DNA of 64,000 nucleotides from assembly GCA_951406725.2 (NCBI GenBank), contig OX597817.1, forward strand, positions 116,374,001 through 116,438,000, read 5' to 3'. This document shows, piece after piece, positions 24,230 to 38,745 of the stretch (positions are counted from its first letter, which is position 1; the number at the start of each line of letters is the position of its first letter). The DNA comes from Octopus vulgaris. Lineage: Eukaryota. The translations under genes and the position numbers were made by a program. The notes under the pieces were generated by a model. The model was not told where the DNA came from and made no database searches. It saw nothing but the letters and a program-made list of their open reading frames with translations.

Positions 24230-25395
24230 TTATTGAAGGTGATGGAAATTTGGTGCTGATTTCTTTATTAACTGATATTATAGTTGAAAATACGTAGTTA
24301 AATAAATGTTCTCTTATACGGAGGTACTATTCGCTCAACTTCTATCACAGGAGATGCATTTGAACCATCATTGAACACATCAGTCGGCTCCTCTCTGAAA
24401 CACTTCAAAAGCTCACTGGTGTACCACTGCTACTTTTGAGTTGTGTCATTTTCTTTTTCTGAAAACTGTTCTTCAATACAGCAACCATGTCAAAGTTGTT
24501 TGGTAGGAAATCACAAGAGTCAAAATTTTCGATTGATTCGTTAGTTGCCAAATATACGTGGAATTTTGCATTACCATACCAGCTGTGAAATACTTCAAAA
24601 ATTGTTGTACAGTTTTTTTCTTTCTAATGGCTTTTCGGACATTTATCATACCACACGCATTGAAGTGTAAAACCAGGTTCCAGAGGACTATATATATTGA
24701 TGCCCGTGTCACTCCACCATGAAATTAAAAACAGTGACTTTGGGTGCCTGTTACTGGCGCTTAATCTAGGAAATTGACGTTGTGATGTGTGACTATGCCA
24801 TCGACGAAAACTTCGTTTACATAAGGGATGATATAACCAAGCTTCATTTTCTGGCACCAGATCGGAATTAAAGTATCTTCATTGGCTTCAAATGCTTCCT
24901 GCATATCAGTGTAGACAACCACACTTTCCTCCGTTATATTGCTTGTCAAATATCAAGGAACACATTTGCAAATACTTTTCCATACACAAAGTCTTCTATC
25001 ATTTCTTATAACTCGTTGTGATCATAGACCATGTGTGTTGCATGCCTCACGGATTATAACTCAGTTGTCAGTGGAAACCATTTTCTCCACTTGATGGCGA
25101 TTACTGTCAGTGGATATATTTTATTGTCTTCCGTCTCATGGCGTTTCTACACTGCTGATTTGCCCTTCTTAAATCTGCTTCATAAATCTGCAAATTTCAC
25201 TTGTCATTGGTGTCATCTCTGAAAACAGTTTATAAATTTTTTATTGATGTTGAACTAAATGCACTGTCCTTTCGTCAAGAACTCTATGACAGCAGAGGAA
25301 GTATATTCTAGGAACATATATAGTTTAAAAGACTTACGTCTGCTTGTAAAAAATGCTTTTCCCTGCTGTGGTACTTTCAGTTGAACCCACGTACG
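24230..25395 (-). mobile_element. Probable very old mariner/Tc1 relic
   Basis: Faint Y.KV...VP..LT and ENEAWLYHP (DE.W..Y.P) similarity; ~1.2 kb length. Confidence 0.4.
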
Positions 25396-25867
25396 TATAC
25401 ACAGATGCATGGATACATAGATTCATGCATACATACGTAAATGCATACAAACATATATACGTGCGGACGTAAATACATACATACACCCACACATACATAT
25501 GATTTGTACTTGGGGGTTACCAAGTATCCTCCTACTCCGGCGCCTCTACACCAGATACATATTTTGTGAATTAATCATTAGTTGGATTGAATCTTGTAAC
25601 CAACCATGTTTTTGTACAGTATAGTTTACGAATTGTGGTTTTATGCATGCATGTGTATATATAATTGGGTGTGTGTGTGTGTGTGTGTATGTGTGTGCGT
25701 GTGAGTAAAATAAGAATGACTACTGGTGCCTGAACGAAGTGTTAAATAATATGATTGAGATGTTGGTATTGGTTATAGGCAACATTTGTAATTCATAGCT
25801 GTGACTCTTTAAATATGCACACACTTTTTTTAATATTAACTTCTTTGGTTAAATTTAAATAAGATTT

Positions 25868-25918
<51 letters not shown>

Positions 25919-27354
25919 TAATAAAGTGTTATTATAATTGGTTCCGCGATATGAACTAATTCCAGTTGCGAACCGATATTTATTTAAGAATAAAAATTAC
26001 TATTTCCTAAAGATGTTATCCGTCATTTTAGCATATGTAAAGTAAAGATTGCAAAAAACAAAACGGAACCAAAAACTAATTTACTCGCCTTCAAGGAAAG
26101 ATATCTGATTTCTCATGAGAAAAACAAGATTGATTTTGATACTTGCAGCATATTTAGAAAATACAATAACACATCTAATTCCACAATGGAAATATTATAC
26201 CACCTAGAATTTTATAGTGCAATCACAAACAATAAAAGAGAAGATAACGTGAATTATTGTTAAATGTCATAATTTTAAAATAGTTTTTATGTTTCGCTTA
26301 TGTGGAGATATCTGATAAATTAGGGTTTATTATGATTATATTCAATACTTCGGTAAATACGAGAGATTATGTGATCGCTGTTGTTGATATTTCTTTGACA
26401 ATGATTCCTCTATAAATTTCCATAAAACTGCACTAGATTAAATAGGCATTTTTCCCACTTATTTTCTGTATATTCCTCTCATTCTATACCAAGCTCTCTC
26501 CCTCTCCCTCTACTCCTCCTTTCACTCTATCGCTCACCCTCTTTTCCTTCTTCATTTTCCTATATTTTATCATTTTACTATCTCAATTATTCACTCTTTT
26601 GTTTCTTTTATTTCTCATTATGTATGAGTGCTTAGATAAATGGATTCATTTGTGTGTGTAAAATGTGAAGGATTATGTAAACCTATGTGTGTTCAAATAT
26701 AATAATGGCAATAATATTTTCTGACAGTTTTTGGTAATAGCAGCACCAGTAGAATATTATGTTATCGCTTTTCTTTTAGACAATGAAATGTTGTTTGAGT
26801 GTCTTAATGAATAGTATCTCATTCAATTCTTAACACTCGATACTCTTGCAGTTACTGTATCAATATCATACACTATCTATCTATCTATCTATCTATCTCT
26901 CTATCTCTCTCTCTCTATATATATATCTATCTATCTATCTATCTATCTATTTATCTATCTCTATCGGTCTGTCTGTTTGTCTATCTACCTATCTATGTGT
27001 CTCCATCTGTGTGTCTATGTGTATGTATATATATATAGAGAGAGAGAGAAATCTTTGTGAAATGATTCGTCATCATTCATGAAGGCGTTTAAAATTAGCG
27101 ATCGAAAGATATCGTCTTGAATTACTATAACTTAACAACCTTTAAAACTGTGCAGGAACATGTCACATATTTTCTACTTTTCTACTTAGAATACTTGAAA
27201 TAAACTTCTGCAGAAAACAGAATATGATCAGAACAACAAATGAGAGTGTGACTTCAAGAGTATAAGTGGAGTATTAAGCCTTGAAAAGCATATGGAATTA
27301 AGCAAATCCCACACACTTGACAGTTTTACATAGAAACACGGAATGGTTAAAATA

Positions 27355-27705
27355 TATAAAGTTGTGTACAAACACGTTTTGCTTCCCAACCACACGGTTC
27401 CAAGTTCAATGCCTCTGCGTGGCAAGTATCTTCTGCTATAGCTTCGTGCCAACCATATATGTACATGTGTGCGCTTGCAGCGCGCATGTGTGAGTCACTC
27501 TGCTTGAGTTGATCTCCCACCATACCTTTAGAACCGGTATTGGTGTATTTACATCCCTGTAACATAGTGATTCAGCACGTTATGGTCTAAATACTAGGCT
27601 TTACAAATAAGTACAAGTGTCGATTTACTCGACTAAAATTCTTCAGCCAGTGCCGCAACATGGACCCAATCAAATGAATGAAACACTGAAAATATAAAAG
27701 ATAAA
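27355..27705 (+). mobile_element. tRNA-derived SINE (OK-type), diverged copy
   Basis: Matches 27804-28225 (AACCACACGGTTCC, GGCAAGTATCTTCTGCTATAGC). Confidence 0.75.
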
Positions 27706-27803
27706 CAGGCAGAAATATGAGAGCTTCTCACATCTGAAATCAAGTGAATTATTCGAAGTATTTATCAGGAAAAATAAGTAACATAATAAAATAATTTGAA
27801 TAT

Positions 27804-28225
27804 AGGCGTAGGAGTGGCTGTGTGGTAGGTAACTTGCTTACAAACCACATGGTTCCCGGTTCAGTCCCATTGCGTGGTAACTTGTGCAAGTGTCTTCTAC
27901 TATAGCCTCAGGCCGACCAAAGACTTGTGAGTGGATTTGGTAGATGGAAACTGCAAGAAGCCCGTCGTATATATGTATATATTTATATGTATGTGTGTGT
28001 ATACGTTTGTGTGTCTGTGTTTGTCCCGCACCAACATCGCTTGACAGCAGATGCTGGTGTGTTTACGTCTCCGTAACTTAGCAGTTCGGCAAAAGGGTGG
28101 ATAGAATAAATACTAGGCTTACAAAGAATAAGACCCGGGGTCGATTTGTTCTACTAAAGGTGGTGCTCCAGCATGGTCACAGTCAAATTACTGAAACAAG
28201 CAAAAAAGTAAAAGAGTAAAAGAGT
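27804..28225 (+). mobile_element. tRNA-derived SINE (octopus OK-type)
   Basis: A box TGGCTGTGTGG, B box GGTTCAGTCCC, CORE-like TTGTGCAAGTGTCTT, internal (TA/TG)n, AAAGAGT tail. Confidence 0.85.
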
Positions 28226-28891
28226 ATCTCAAGCTATGTCATGCTGAAGATTTCAAAACTGGATGTGATGATATCATACATGTCTAGTATGATAATAATA
28301 AACTATAATAATAAAATAATTTTATGTAATAAGAACTTTGCCCTTTGAATACTTTGAAAAAAGAAAGTAACAATTTTCCATAGAAAACAAAAGAAGGATA
28401 AGCCTAGAAGCGATTCCATCACTTGCAGCAGTATAGTTCTGTTTCTTTCTCCACACCGATATATATGCATCTACCAGTAAGACCACGACGTGTAAACAAT
28501 TAAGATTCTTTCACATGTTATTTTTTCTGAAATTAACGTAATATTTTCTGTATTCCTTTTCTCAAAACGAACGATCACATCCTCAGTGTACTTCATCTTC
28601 CAGTCTCTGAAGATAGAGAAACAATACTTTAATCGGATTTTTTTTTCTTCTTTTCCCTCGCATTATCAATAATTTGAAAAATATATGTTCACTAAGGGAG
28701 CATATGACGTGGAACAAGCATGCGTGCATATAAAGATAGCATTCCATGATATGGGAAAAGAAACAAGTTTGAAATATTATTATCTTGTCAGCAACGATTT
28801 ATTTTAAAATAATATACACCATATATTTCATTCGCCTACACATTACGAATGAAATTCCCGCTCATACATATATATATATATATATATATAT

Positions 28892-29335
28892 AAGCAATAA
28901 AGGGTTTAGCAACTAGTTGCCTTACCACATACCGAATTTAGAAATAGCAGTCAAAGAGTTATAGCTATTTCTTCTACTAAAAGGGAGATCTCAGTAAAAA
29001 CAGCAATTGGAAGGCAGACACAAACAGGTAAGAGAGGATGAATTAACGGCAATCTATCATACAATTTTAAGTTATCTACGGACGTACGTTTCGAAATCAA
29101 GTCTTTAGGAAAGCATAAGAATTAAATGTTAAATAATTCTATCTTACCGAAAACTTCTTTTCTCTTCAGCGTAGAATACTATAATCATAAATGATTATAT
29201 ATTGAATTTTGAGATACTAGAAGGCATCAACTCAACTCAGTATCAGAGCGAGCTAGAATCCGCAACTAGTATCACCAAATTCAATGTTTGAATGAAAAGA
29301 TTGTGTCACCAGCCCCTTCCCACCCGCGTGGGACA
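28892..29335 (-). mobile_element. Short non-coding hammerhead-bearing element (solo pLTR-like) in (TA)n
   Basis: Unique ~440 bp between TA-rich microsatellites, containing an intact hammerhead; no ORF. Confidence 0.7.
29075..29175 (-). ncRNA. Type I hammerhead ribozyme with 70-nt stem II
   Basis: tctacg-CTGAAGA-gaaa...tttc-GAAA-cgtacg-TC-cgtaga: perfect 6-bp helix I, palindromic stem III, canonical GUC triplet. Confidence 0.88.
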
Positions 29336-29371
29336 CACATATATATACACATATACAATATACAAACACGT

Positions 29372-29420
<49 letters not shown>

Positions 29421-30663
29421 TACATATAAATATATATATATATATATATACATATGTGTGAGTATAACGTTCTGTCTAGAAATCGATATGATGCTGTTAT
29501 ATTTCATTTTTACTAGATATCGCAACAATTGCAGCGATACGCCATTTCAGTTATTGAAAATTTGATGAAACTTCACGCAAAAACGTTCTACCATTCTAAG
29601 GGAAATTTTGTTGAAGTTTTCATTTACATATATTTTACACACACATATACGCACACAAGTGTATGTGTGTATGCATGTATATATGTATGTGGATATGAAT
29701 TATATATATAAGGCATATTACGTAATATATATAAAATACAATATGATATATAATATGTGTATGCATACACCCACCCCATATATATATATATATACATACA
29801 CACAAAGAGAATAAGAGAGGGAGAGGTTGGAGAGAAAGTATTTTACATGCATTTTAGCTATATGTGAGCGCCTATTTATCTATATCTAGCATCTATTTAC
29901 ATGTATTATATATGTATGTGTAGATGGATGCATCTATGCATGCATATATGTATATAAAATATCTTATCTGCAGATGTAGATGTACGGGTGCTGCTGTTAT
30001 ATTTAGGGCACTGCGTACATTGACATAGTTCGGTGTAAAAAGCTGTAGTGTTCTCTGTAAGTGCAGTGTTCTATGAAGACCTATTACAAGGTTCCAAGAA
30101 ACCACAATGGCGAAACTTGTTTATGTAGTTCATAGCATTATAATACAAATTTTAACTGAAACTTGTTAAATTTTAGTCAGTTGTACGCGCACACATACAC
30201 ATACACACAGACACATATATATATATACACAGATATATATATATGCGGAATATCGATGTTGCACGGACAACGGCCAGACCAAGAAAGAAAGGACAGGATT
30301 AGCCGAACGCTGGTCACGTGAGAAGAGAAGAGAGAGAGACGTAGAAGCAGAGGGACAGAAGGATTAAAGAGGGGCGGGGAAAATGACATGGACACTGTGA
30401 AGTGAAAAGTGGAGGGAAAGTGAGTAAGAAGAGAAGGCAAAGAAATGGGAGAGGGGGAACGAAAGAACGAAGAGTGGAATGAACGAATAAGCGTGAAGGG
30501 GCTGATAGACAGAAGTAGAAAAATGTGTACTTACATATAAATGACCAAAGTGTACGTACTATATATATATATATCATAGAAAATGGGACAAGAATGCAAA
30601 ACATCCGGACAGTGAGGTGATACAAAAATGGAACAACAAAACATCCAATACACACACATACAT

Positions 30664-30719
<56 letters not shown>

Positions 30720-31011
30720 GTATAAAGCTACATGTAATATATATGTAACTTCTACCATGTGGTGGGTTAAAATTTCTTTCATTTATTCACCCTGTCATTT
30801 ATAGGCATATATACAAAAATGCATTGTTACATACGTGAAAGCGAGTATGTATGTGTGTCCGCGTGTGTACTTACACATTCGCGTCGGGAATAAAGATAAT
30901 TAAACAGATCAGTGTACATCATCGAAACAAGTGGAGAATCTCACATTTTAGGACACAAATGCATACATAATCCTGAAATAAAACTCAATAAGATATGTAT
31001 GTATGTGATGA

Positions 31012-31300
31012 TCGCGCGTGGCTTAGTGGGTACGCTATTCGGCTCACGAACATAAGGTCACGAATTCGATTCCAGGTGGGGCGATGTGTCCTTCATTAAG
31101 ACACTGTATTTCACGTTCCTCCAGTTCACTCAAAAATGAGTAGTACCCGTATTTTAAAGGTCCAGTATTGTCTCATTCTCTCTGAGAACTTCGTTAAGTG
31201 TATGCGTGTCTGGATTGCTGAGACACAAATACGTTAATTTCGCGAGCAGGTTGATCCCTAGATCGGATCAACTGGAACCCTCGTTGTCGTATATGACACG
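31012..31300 (+). mobile_element. tRNA-derived SINE
   Basis: GCGCGTGGCTTAGTGG A box, TTCGATTCC B box. Confidence 0.7.
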
Positions 31301-31369
31301 TGACAGTTTATATATGTGCACATTTGTGTGTGCGTATGTGTATGTGTGCGTGTGTGTGTGTGTGTGTAA

Positions 31370-31642
31370 TGGAATCTCACGTGGAAGACGGCGCATGAAT
31401 GTTCAGTATTTGTTAAACTGCCTGCATGAGGACTGATTTGTTTACAGTGATTAACTGTATGCCCTGTACACTGGCTCATCTTTCCATGAAAACGCCATTG
31501 TCTGTACAGATGCCACAATGATCACGAAGCAATGTAAAATGAACTGTTTGATGAAGCAAGCACACGGTATCCGATCCGAGAATCGAACCCAACATCTAGC
31601 GACAGTGAGTGCAACGCCCTCACAAGTGAGCCACGCGCCTGC
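31370..31642 (-). mobile_element. tRNA-derived SINE related to 31012-31300, opposite orientation
   Basis: Minus strand GGCGCGTGGCTCAC...GGGTTCGATTCTC. Confidence 0.65.
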
Positions 31643-31687
31643 GCACACATACTTTTACACGCCTCTATGTATGCAAATGTATGTACA

Positions 31688-31762
<75 letters not shown>

Positions 31763-32273
31763 TGTGTGTGTGTGTGTGTGTATGCTTGCGTATGTATGTG
31801 CAGACATGTACAAATGATTACAATAATTGTTTATTTTGGCTGTCACAGGTGTGGACTGCACACCCATTTCATATAGGAAGTTAGCCGTATATCAACGTCA
31901 TTCCGCAGATGTTGAGATAATATAAGTTTACGAACAGAACCTCTGGTGGGTGCATTTCCACATGTACAGATGCTGTGTCTGTTAAATAATTCTCATTACC
32001 TGAAACCTACTTTACTTAAAACAAATCTGTTCTCGCAGCTTCATCCTATAATCCGATTGTAATTTAGTTCCATGTCTGATAATATAAACACATAAAAACA
32101 AATATTTCTATTCTTTAGTAATGCTTATGCCTGACTAACTATTTCCACATGTAATAGATTACACCCTCTGTATCAATAACGTCTATAACTTGTTGGCATA
32201 TACATATATATATGAATTTATATTCGTCTGCATATATATATATACATATATATATATTTATATATATATATAT

Positions 32274-32347
<74 letters not shown>

Positions 32348-32503
32348 ATGTGTGTATATATAGAGCAGCAAAATATTCAGATGCGAATATTTATAAGATA
32401 TTAATATTGCTATTATTATCGAAGGCAATCTAAATACTTGATAACAGTAATATTAATATAGGTGGTTGCAGGCCTATATAGCTAAAGAATTAAGATTATA
32501 TTA

Positions 32504-32847
32504 ATCATAAGTGTGTATCCGCTAGAAATAAAAGTCACAACACCTATTTGAACCACCAAAAAAATTTACACTGAAAAAACAGATTCAAGAGTACACGAGC
32601 AGATCGAAAGTCTCTAACCCTTTGAAACACTATCCGAATCTGCCAAGTTTCACAATGAAGCTGTTCACATTTTGGCGCTAAGCAATTAAGGACACCAGCA
32701 GATTTCAACGTGGCGGATTCGGTTAGTGTTTCAAAGGATTAAGATGTGGTAAGTAAGGTAAGACCTTTGCATCAAACAATTAACCGGTCCACATATATAC
32801 CTGTACCATTATATATATATATATATACATATATACATATATATATA

Positions 32848-32880
<33 letters not shown>

Positions 32881-33018
32881 GCTTTATGCTATATTTGTAC
32901 GTGAGATATTTTTTTTTATCTGCTCGTGTACTGTCGAATCTGTTGTTTTCAGTGTAAATTCTTTTGTTGGTCCAGATAAGGGATCTGATTCAAATTTTTA
33001 GCAGGTAGACACTTTGAT
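32504..33018. repeat. Foldback element; outer arms 32504-32604/32918-33018, inner arms 32615-32645/32711-32741
   Basis: AGTACACGAGCAGAT/ATCTGCTCGTGTACT, AATTTACACTGAAAA/TTTTCAGTGTAAATT, CCTTTGAAACACTA/TAGTGTTTCAAAGG. Confidence 0.85.
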
Positions 33019-33035
33019 GTGTCATTATGATTAAT

Positions 33036-33099
<64 letters not shown>

Positions 33100-33109
33100 A
33101 TCTATATAT

Positions 33110-33335
33110 GTCCAGGTTTGTCTGTGTGGAATGGAAATTGCTTCCCATCCACATGGTTCCGATTTCAGTCTCACTGCGTGACAACCTGTACAAGAGTTTT
33201 CTATTATACCCTCCAGATTTTTTGAAAACTGAAAGAAGCCAATAGCATAAATATAAATATGTGTGCATGTGTTCGCGCGCGGTTTGTCTTTACCCTCTAC
33301 CGCCGTTTCTTGACCAATCTGGTATGTTTCCAAGC
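33110..33335 (+). mobile_element. Diverged OK-type SINE
   Basis: CCACATGGTTCC...TTCAGTC, GAAACTGAAAGAAGCC match 27804-28225. Confidence 0.7.
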
Positions 33336-34605
33336 ATTTGTGATATGTATGTGCATTTACTTAACTTAAAGCAATGGATGTATATAGATTAGTTCAGAAC
33401 ATGTATGTGTATGATTAATGATTATATATGTACTTGTGTGCGTGACTGTATGTGTTGTGTGTGTTTTGTGGTGTATGGGTGTGTGTGTGTGTGTGGTGTG
33501 GTGTGTGTGCGTGTATGAATTCACTTCGTAATTTGCATTTACGCTTTCATTCCATAAAATTAAATCGGATAAGCATTGGATCGTTTCAACAAAATTTCAA
33601 TGCAATATTAATTTATAAGATTTGGGGAACGCATTTCACTTACATATGTTTTCTCATGGAAAACCTGAGCACTTTGAAGTGTTTGTGAAAATTTGTACAT
33701 TGAAACAGATAGAAATGAAGATGAGAATACACATACAATGTGTGTGTGTGCGCGTGTATTATATACAATTCCGGCTTTTTGTATGTATGCGCTAGATTAC
33801 ATTTTAATTGGAAGATTTCAGAAAGGTTCATAATTTCTAAAGGTGTCATTACAATTTGGTACTGGTGTTCCTTTGAGTTGTCATACGAAAATTGTTTTTG
33901 GTGAAACACAGTCAATCAAAATTTTGGTCAGTTGCTTATCATGGAGACAATATATCTCATATATATGTAAAATCATGCACAATTTCAGTTGGATATCCAA
34001 ACTTTAAGAATTGTAAATACATCCTCTCTTTATATCAATAAGTATTTTCCAGCTTTCTCCCAGTCGTGAAATAGAATGATATAACTTTTAAAAATGTGAA
34101 AGGAATATAATGATCATTTATTTAAAAGAGGCAAGTTGTCCGATGGTTGTTAATTTAAAACTCCACACCGCATCATTTACTCAGGTAGACTTTCAATATT
34201 CTCTAATACGACAAAGTAAAGTACCGACCCTGGAAAATCTTCTAATGTTATCTAATGCAAGAATATTGTTTAATTAAATAGGATCCAGTAACTAGACGCA
34301 TTTACGAATTTTATTTACACTGGAGAAAACTAAAAGAACTCTTGAATTTCCACTGTACCAGGACTTATATGTAGATATATCAGGCGGAAGCATTGTATAC
34401 AATAATTGGAAAGCATGGTGAATAGAGTAAAATGCATGCTATATTAGTTGCCTTCTTATTTATTATCAGACAAATGTGTATCAGTGTATGGGCATCACTT
34501 GAATTTTAGGATTACATTAATGGATAGGTCTCATGTACAAGTCATTATCTTCTAAAACACACACACACACACACACACATGCACGCACAAACACACACAC
34601 ACACA

Positions 34606-34680
<75 letters not shown>

Positions 34681-34910
34681 GGATAATAAAACGAATGGTT
34701 TACACCTGGTAGCTAATGGTCACTTTCACAATTGTGATTAATAATAAATTCTCGTATATTTCGTCTTCCGTCATTCATTTAACACACTCACACACACACA
34801 CACTCACACTCACGCACACACACACACACACATGTATATATATATATTCAGCTGAAAAATATGTTTTAGCCTTACTTCCGTGCTTTTTTCCACCTCCCTC
34901 TTCTATATAT

Positions 34911-35140
34911 ATTTCTTTACTACCCACAAGGGGCTAAACATAGAGGGGACAAACAAGGACAGACAAATGGATTAAGTCGATTACATCGACCCCAGTGCGT
35001 AACTGGTACTTAATTTATCGAACCCGAAAGGATGAAAGGCAAAGTCGACCTCGGCGGAATTTGAACCCAGAACGTAACGGCAGACGAAATACGGCTACGC
35101 ATTACGCCCGGCGTGCTAACGTTTCTGCCAGCTCGCCGCC
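34911..35140 (-). mobile_element. Full-length tRNA-derived Meta-type SINE with TSD
   Basis: GGCGGCGAGCTGGCAGAA head, GGGTTCAAATTCC B box; TTCTATATAT duplicated at 34901-34910 and 35141-35150. Confidence 0.9.
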
Positions 35141-35175
35141 TTCTATATATGTGTGTGTGTGTTTATGTGTGTGTA

Positions 35176-35208
<33 letters not shown>

Positions 35209-36268
35209 AACTATAATTATACAATATAGTTATAAGGGCGCTGATATGTCAACGCCTGTGTGCTAGAATTAGACCCGAAATTTTCTAGAAACGACTTAAG
35301 CTATTACTTCATTACGACAACGTTGTATGTGAGGGAAATGGACAGAAAGGGTTTATAAAATATTATGGACAATACTGTATCACAAAATTTCGTGGTTTAC
35401 GATATAAAAACTCGTTTTCCACTTTTCAGTAGTGTAAACCAATATTCAATAAATGAGAAATGCATATACATACCACAGATATACAGTCGTACAAAAACGA
35501 GCATTATACGCAATTCACATATTTATACGAAGCAAAAACCCGAACGTCGTCTCAGCGCCCTTATTATAATTATATTGTATACTTATACTTAAATATAAAT
35601 TAACCGTTATGGTCTTGTTAGTACACTGGCCACAGATAAATCATTAAATAATGACTTTATCCTATTTATGTGTAAATATATAATAATTCATTGCCCAAAC
35701 TTATTTGCTGTAGAATTATTCTAAGTAAATAACTGCATGGTTAAAATGGACGCTCGGGTTCTTGCTTCATATATCTATCTAAAGTCGTATGACAACCACC
35801 GTTATATATATTTTGTTTATTCATTACTGTTTTCAATTTCGTTTTCGTCTCTTGTATTTACATCCGTCTTGTGCGTTCACATTCCTGTCTTCTACCAAGA
35901 AATCTAATGCTTACAGCTTAGTTTTTTTTCTTGGGGCTGGCCGAGTTGGAGCAAATATCAGAATTGAACAGCCGAAATTTGCTATGATGATTCGGTGTCT
36001 GACTGAAGATTGAAGGCTTCGAATGATTTGTCTGTGTTCCGTGTTCGTCCCTTCCTGTATTTCACGTTCATTATATATAAAAACATTCATTTATATATAT
36101 ATATATATGTATATGTGTGTGTGTGTGTTGACTTCTGTCATTAGCGATGTAGGTACTCATGTAGTACCCTTGTGTATATATGTACATATCTAATATTATA
36201 TGTATATATTTTATTTATTTGCCTGTACGGCTGATAATTGTGATGGTATTTTAATTATACCATCCCTA

Positions 36269-36323
<55 letters not shown>

Positions 36324-36740
36324 GTATGTATATATGTGTGTGTCCGTGAAATGCATGTATATGCTCGTATTTGTACGACTGTATAACTGTGGTATGTATA
36401 TATATTTCTCATTTATTTACGATTCATTACACTATTGGAGAATAGAAAACGATTTTAATACGGTAACCCACACGAAATCTTGAGATATGGGGTTGTCCCC
36501 AATATTTTCTAAACCCTTTCTGTCCATTATCCTCGCATACAACATTGTGGTAATGGAGTAATAACTTAAGTCGCTTGTAGACCATTTGTGGTCTACTTCT
36601 AGCGTACAGGCGTTGTCGTTTCAGTGTCATTATTATAATTATATTGTATAATTATAATACTTATATTTATATATAAATTAACTATTATGGCCTGGTTAGT
36701 ATGCTGGCTAACGATAAATCATTAAATAATGACATTATCT

Positions 36741-36745
<5 letters not shown>
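35209..36745. repeat. Two copies of one repeat in mixed inverted/direct arrangement
   Basis: 35209-35520 is the diverged reverse complement of ~36345-36655; 35552-35670 is a direct copy of ~36620-36745. Confidence 0.8.
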
Positions 36746-36791
<46 letters not shown>

Positions 36792-37788
36792 TTTACAGCA
36801 CTTACCTAGCGTACCTAGTCGTTTAGATCACCTGTGAACTAAATCCCAATACTTTGTATGTATACGTGTCAAGTACTGGGAATAAATATATACGTATACG
36901 TACATACTCACACTCACACACGACCGTACACACACACCAACGCACACACACATTAATTTATTCTGATATGTTACTGTTACACCGACGATTGAAATTTCAG
37001 AGATTCTTTGTCAAAATTATTTCCGGTTAATTTGACCTTTACATTGCATTGACGTATGCTGGCCATGCTAATGTATTTTAAGCACATATAATAACGTGAT
37101 TCCCACCATTGTTGTCTTAATGTAGTGACCCATGATATTAATCATCAATGTAATATAGCTTGTAAAATCAGAAACGAATATACATTATTTTCACTCTCGT
37201 GTAGAATTTCTCTATTAGATATTTGAGCTGCGTAACACATAATATGTCATATTTGTACTGATCTTGCTACTTTAGCACATGGGGGAACCGGTGTATTATA
37301 AAAGTTACAATTTCTTAGATTTCTGTCGATGAAATTGCCGCCACAATTAAATGTATGAAACATAAATCTAAAAATTAAACAGGAAAATATAGAAATATTA
37401 CATTTTTTTCTTTCCTACTCATATAATTTTTACTTCTAATAATCAGCGCTACAGGATTTTCAAATTTAAACATACAATCTCCTATTATATAAAGAAAAAT
37501 AGCGATTTCGTTTACGGCCAAGAAGAAAATTTCTACTTGTCTCATAGGCGCAGATGTTTTCTTTATGATACTAATATATAATAATAATGGATATGTTTGA
37601 CACAAACGATAAGAGGATATTTTATTTGATTATTTATTATGTTTATGTGTACAAAATAGCAAAGTTTCAAAACAAAGTAAAAAGCATGTAGTCTTTAATT
37701 GAGTGAGCAAATAACATGCTTGTCAAAAAATTGCTGAAAGAATGGGCATGAACCAGTTTATGTTGAGTTAATAAGTATATATGTGTCT

Positions 37789-37835
<47 letters not shown>

Positions 37836-38161
37836 AGTGTGTGTGTGTGAATATATATATATATATATATACTATTATATATATATATTATATATATATT
37901 TATATATATATATATTATATATATATGTATATGTAAATAAATATACATAGATATATAAATAGAATACAGGGATATTTTATAGAAGCAGTATATATGTGTA
38001 AGTTAATGCAAATGTATGTAAATGTTATATATATATATATGGGTGTGTGTGTGTGTGTTAGTGTGTGTACTTGTGTATGCTTATGTGGGGTTGAGTGAAT
38101 GTGTTTCTTCATTTTGTACTTACCTATGTACATTTCATTTTCTTATATAATATACAGTAAC

Positions 38162-38206
<45 letters not shown>

Positions 38207-38454
38207 TATAACATATACATTGTATACCCTGTAATTGGAATTTTTGTTATCTAAACAGGCAATTAGATTAATAATTTCAACCTCTTGAAGAAAATCATTT
38301 TCAGAATTTGAATGAGTTGTTTTGTTAACCAAATATTGCATACAGCATATAAACCATCATTCAATATTCTGAAAGCGTTTGTGAAATTCTGATATCATAC
38401 ATATCTAATCATACGTAAAATAAAATGAAATTTACGCATAAGAGGGAGGCTTAA

Positions 38455-38745
38455 TATTGGTTTCAAATGTTGGTACAGTACCAGTAGTTCGTGGAAATGG
38501 GGTAAACAGATTACATTGACCTAGTGCTCAACTGGTACTTATTTTATCGACAATGAAAGGATGAACGGCGAAGTCGACCTCGCCGAAATAAGAGAATGAT
38601 TAATATTAGTTTCAAATCTTGACGCAAGACCAGAAATTTTGGAGGAATAGGTAATTTGATTAAATCGACTCTACTGCTCAACTGGTAATTATATGTTATC
38701 GATCGCAAAAGGATTAAAGGCAAAGTCGATCTTGGCGGAATTTGA
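38455..38745 (-). mobile_element. Two tandem partial Meta-type SINEs
   Basis: CTCAACTGGTA..ATCGA..AAAGGAT.AA.GGC.AAGTCGA occurs twice. Confidence 0.8.
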
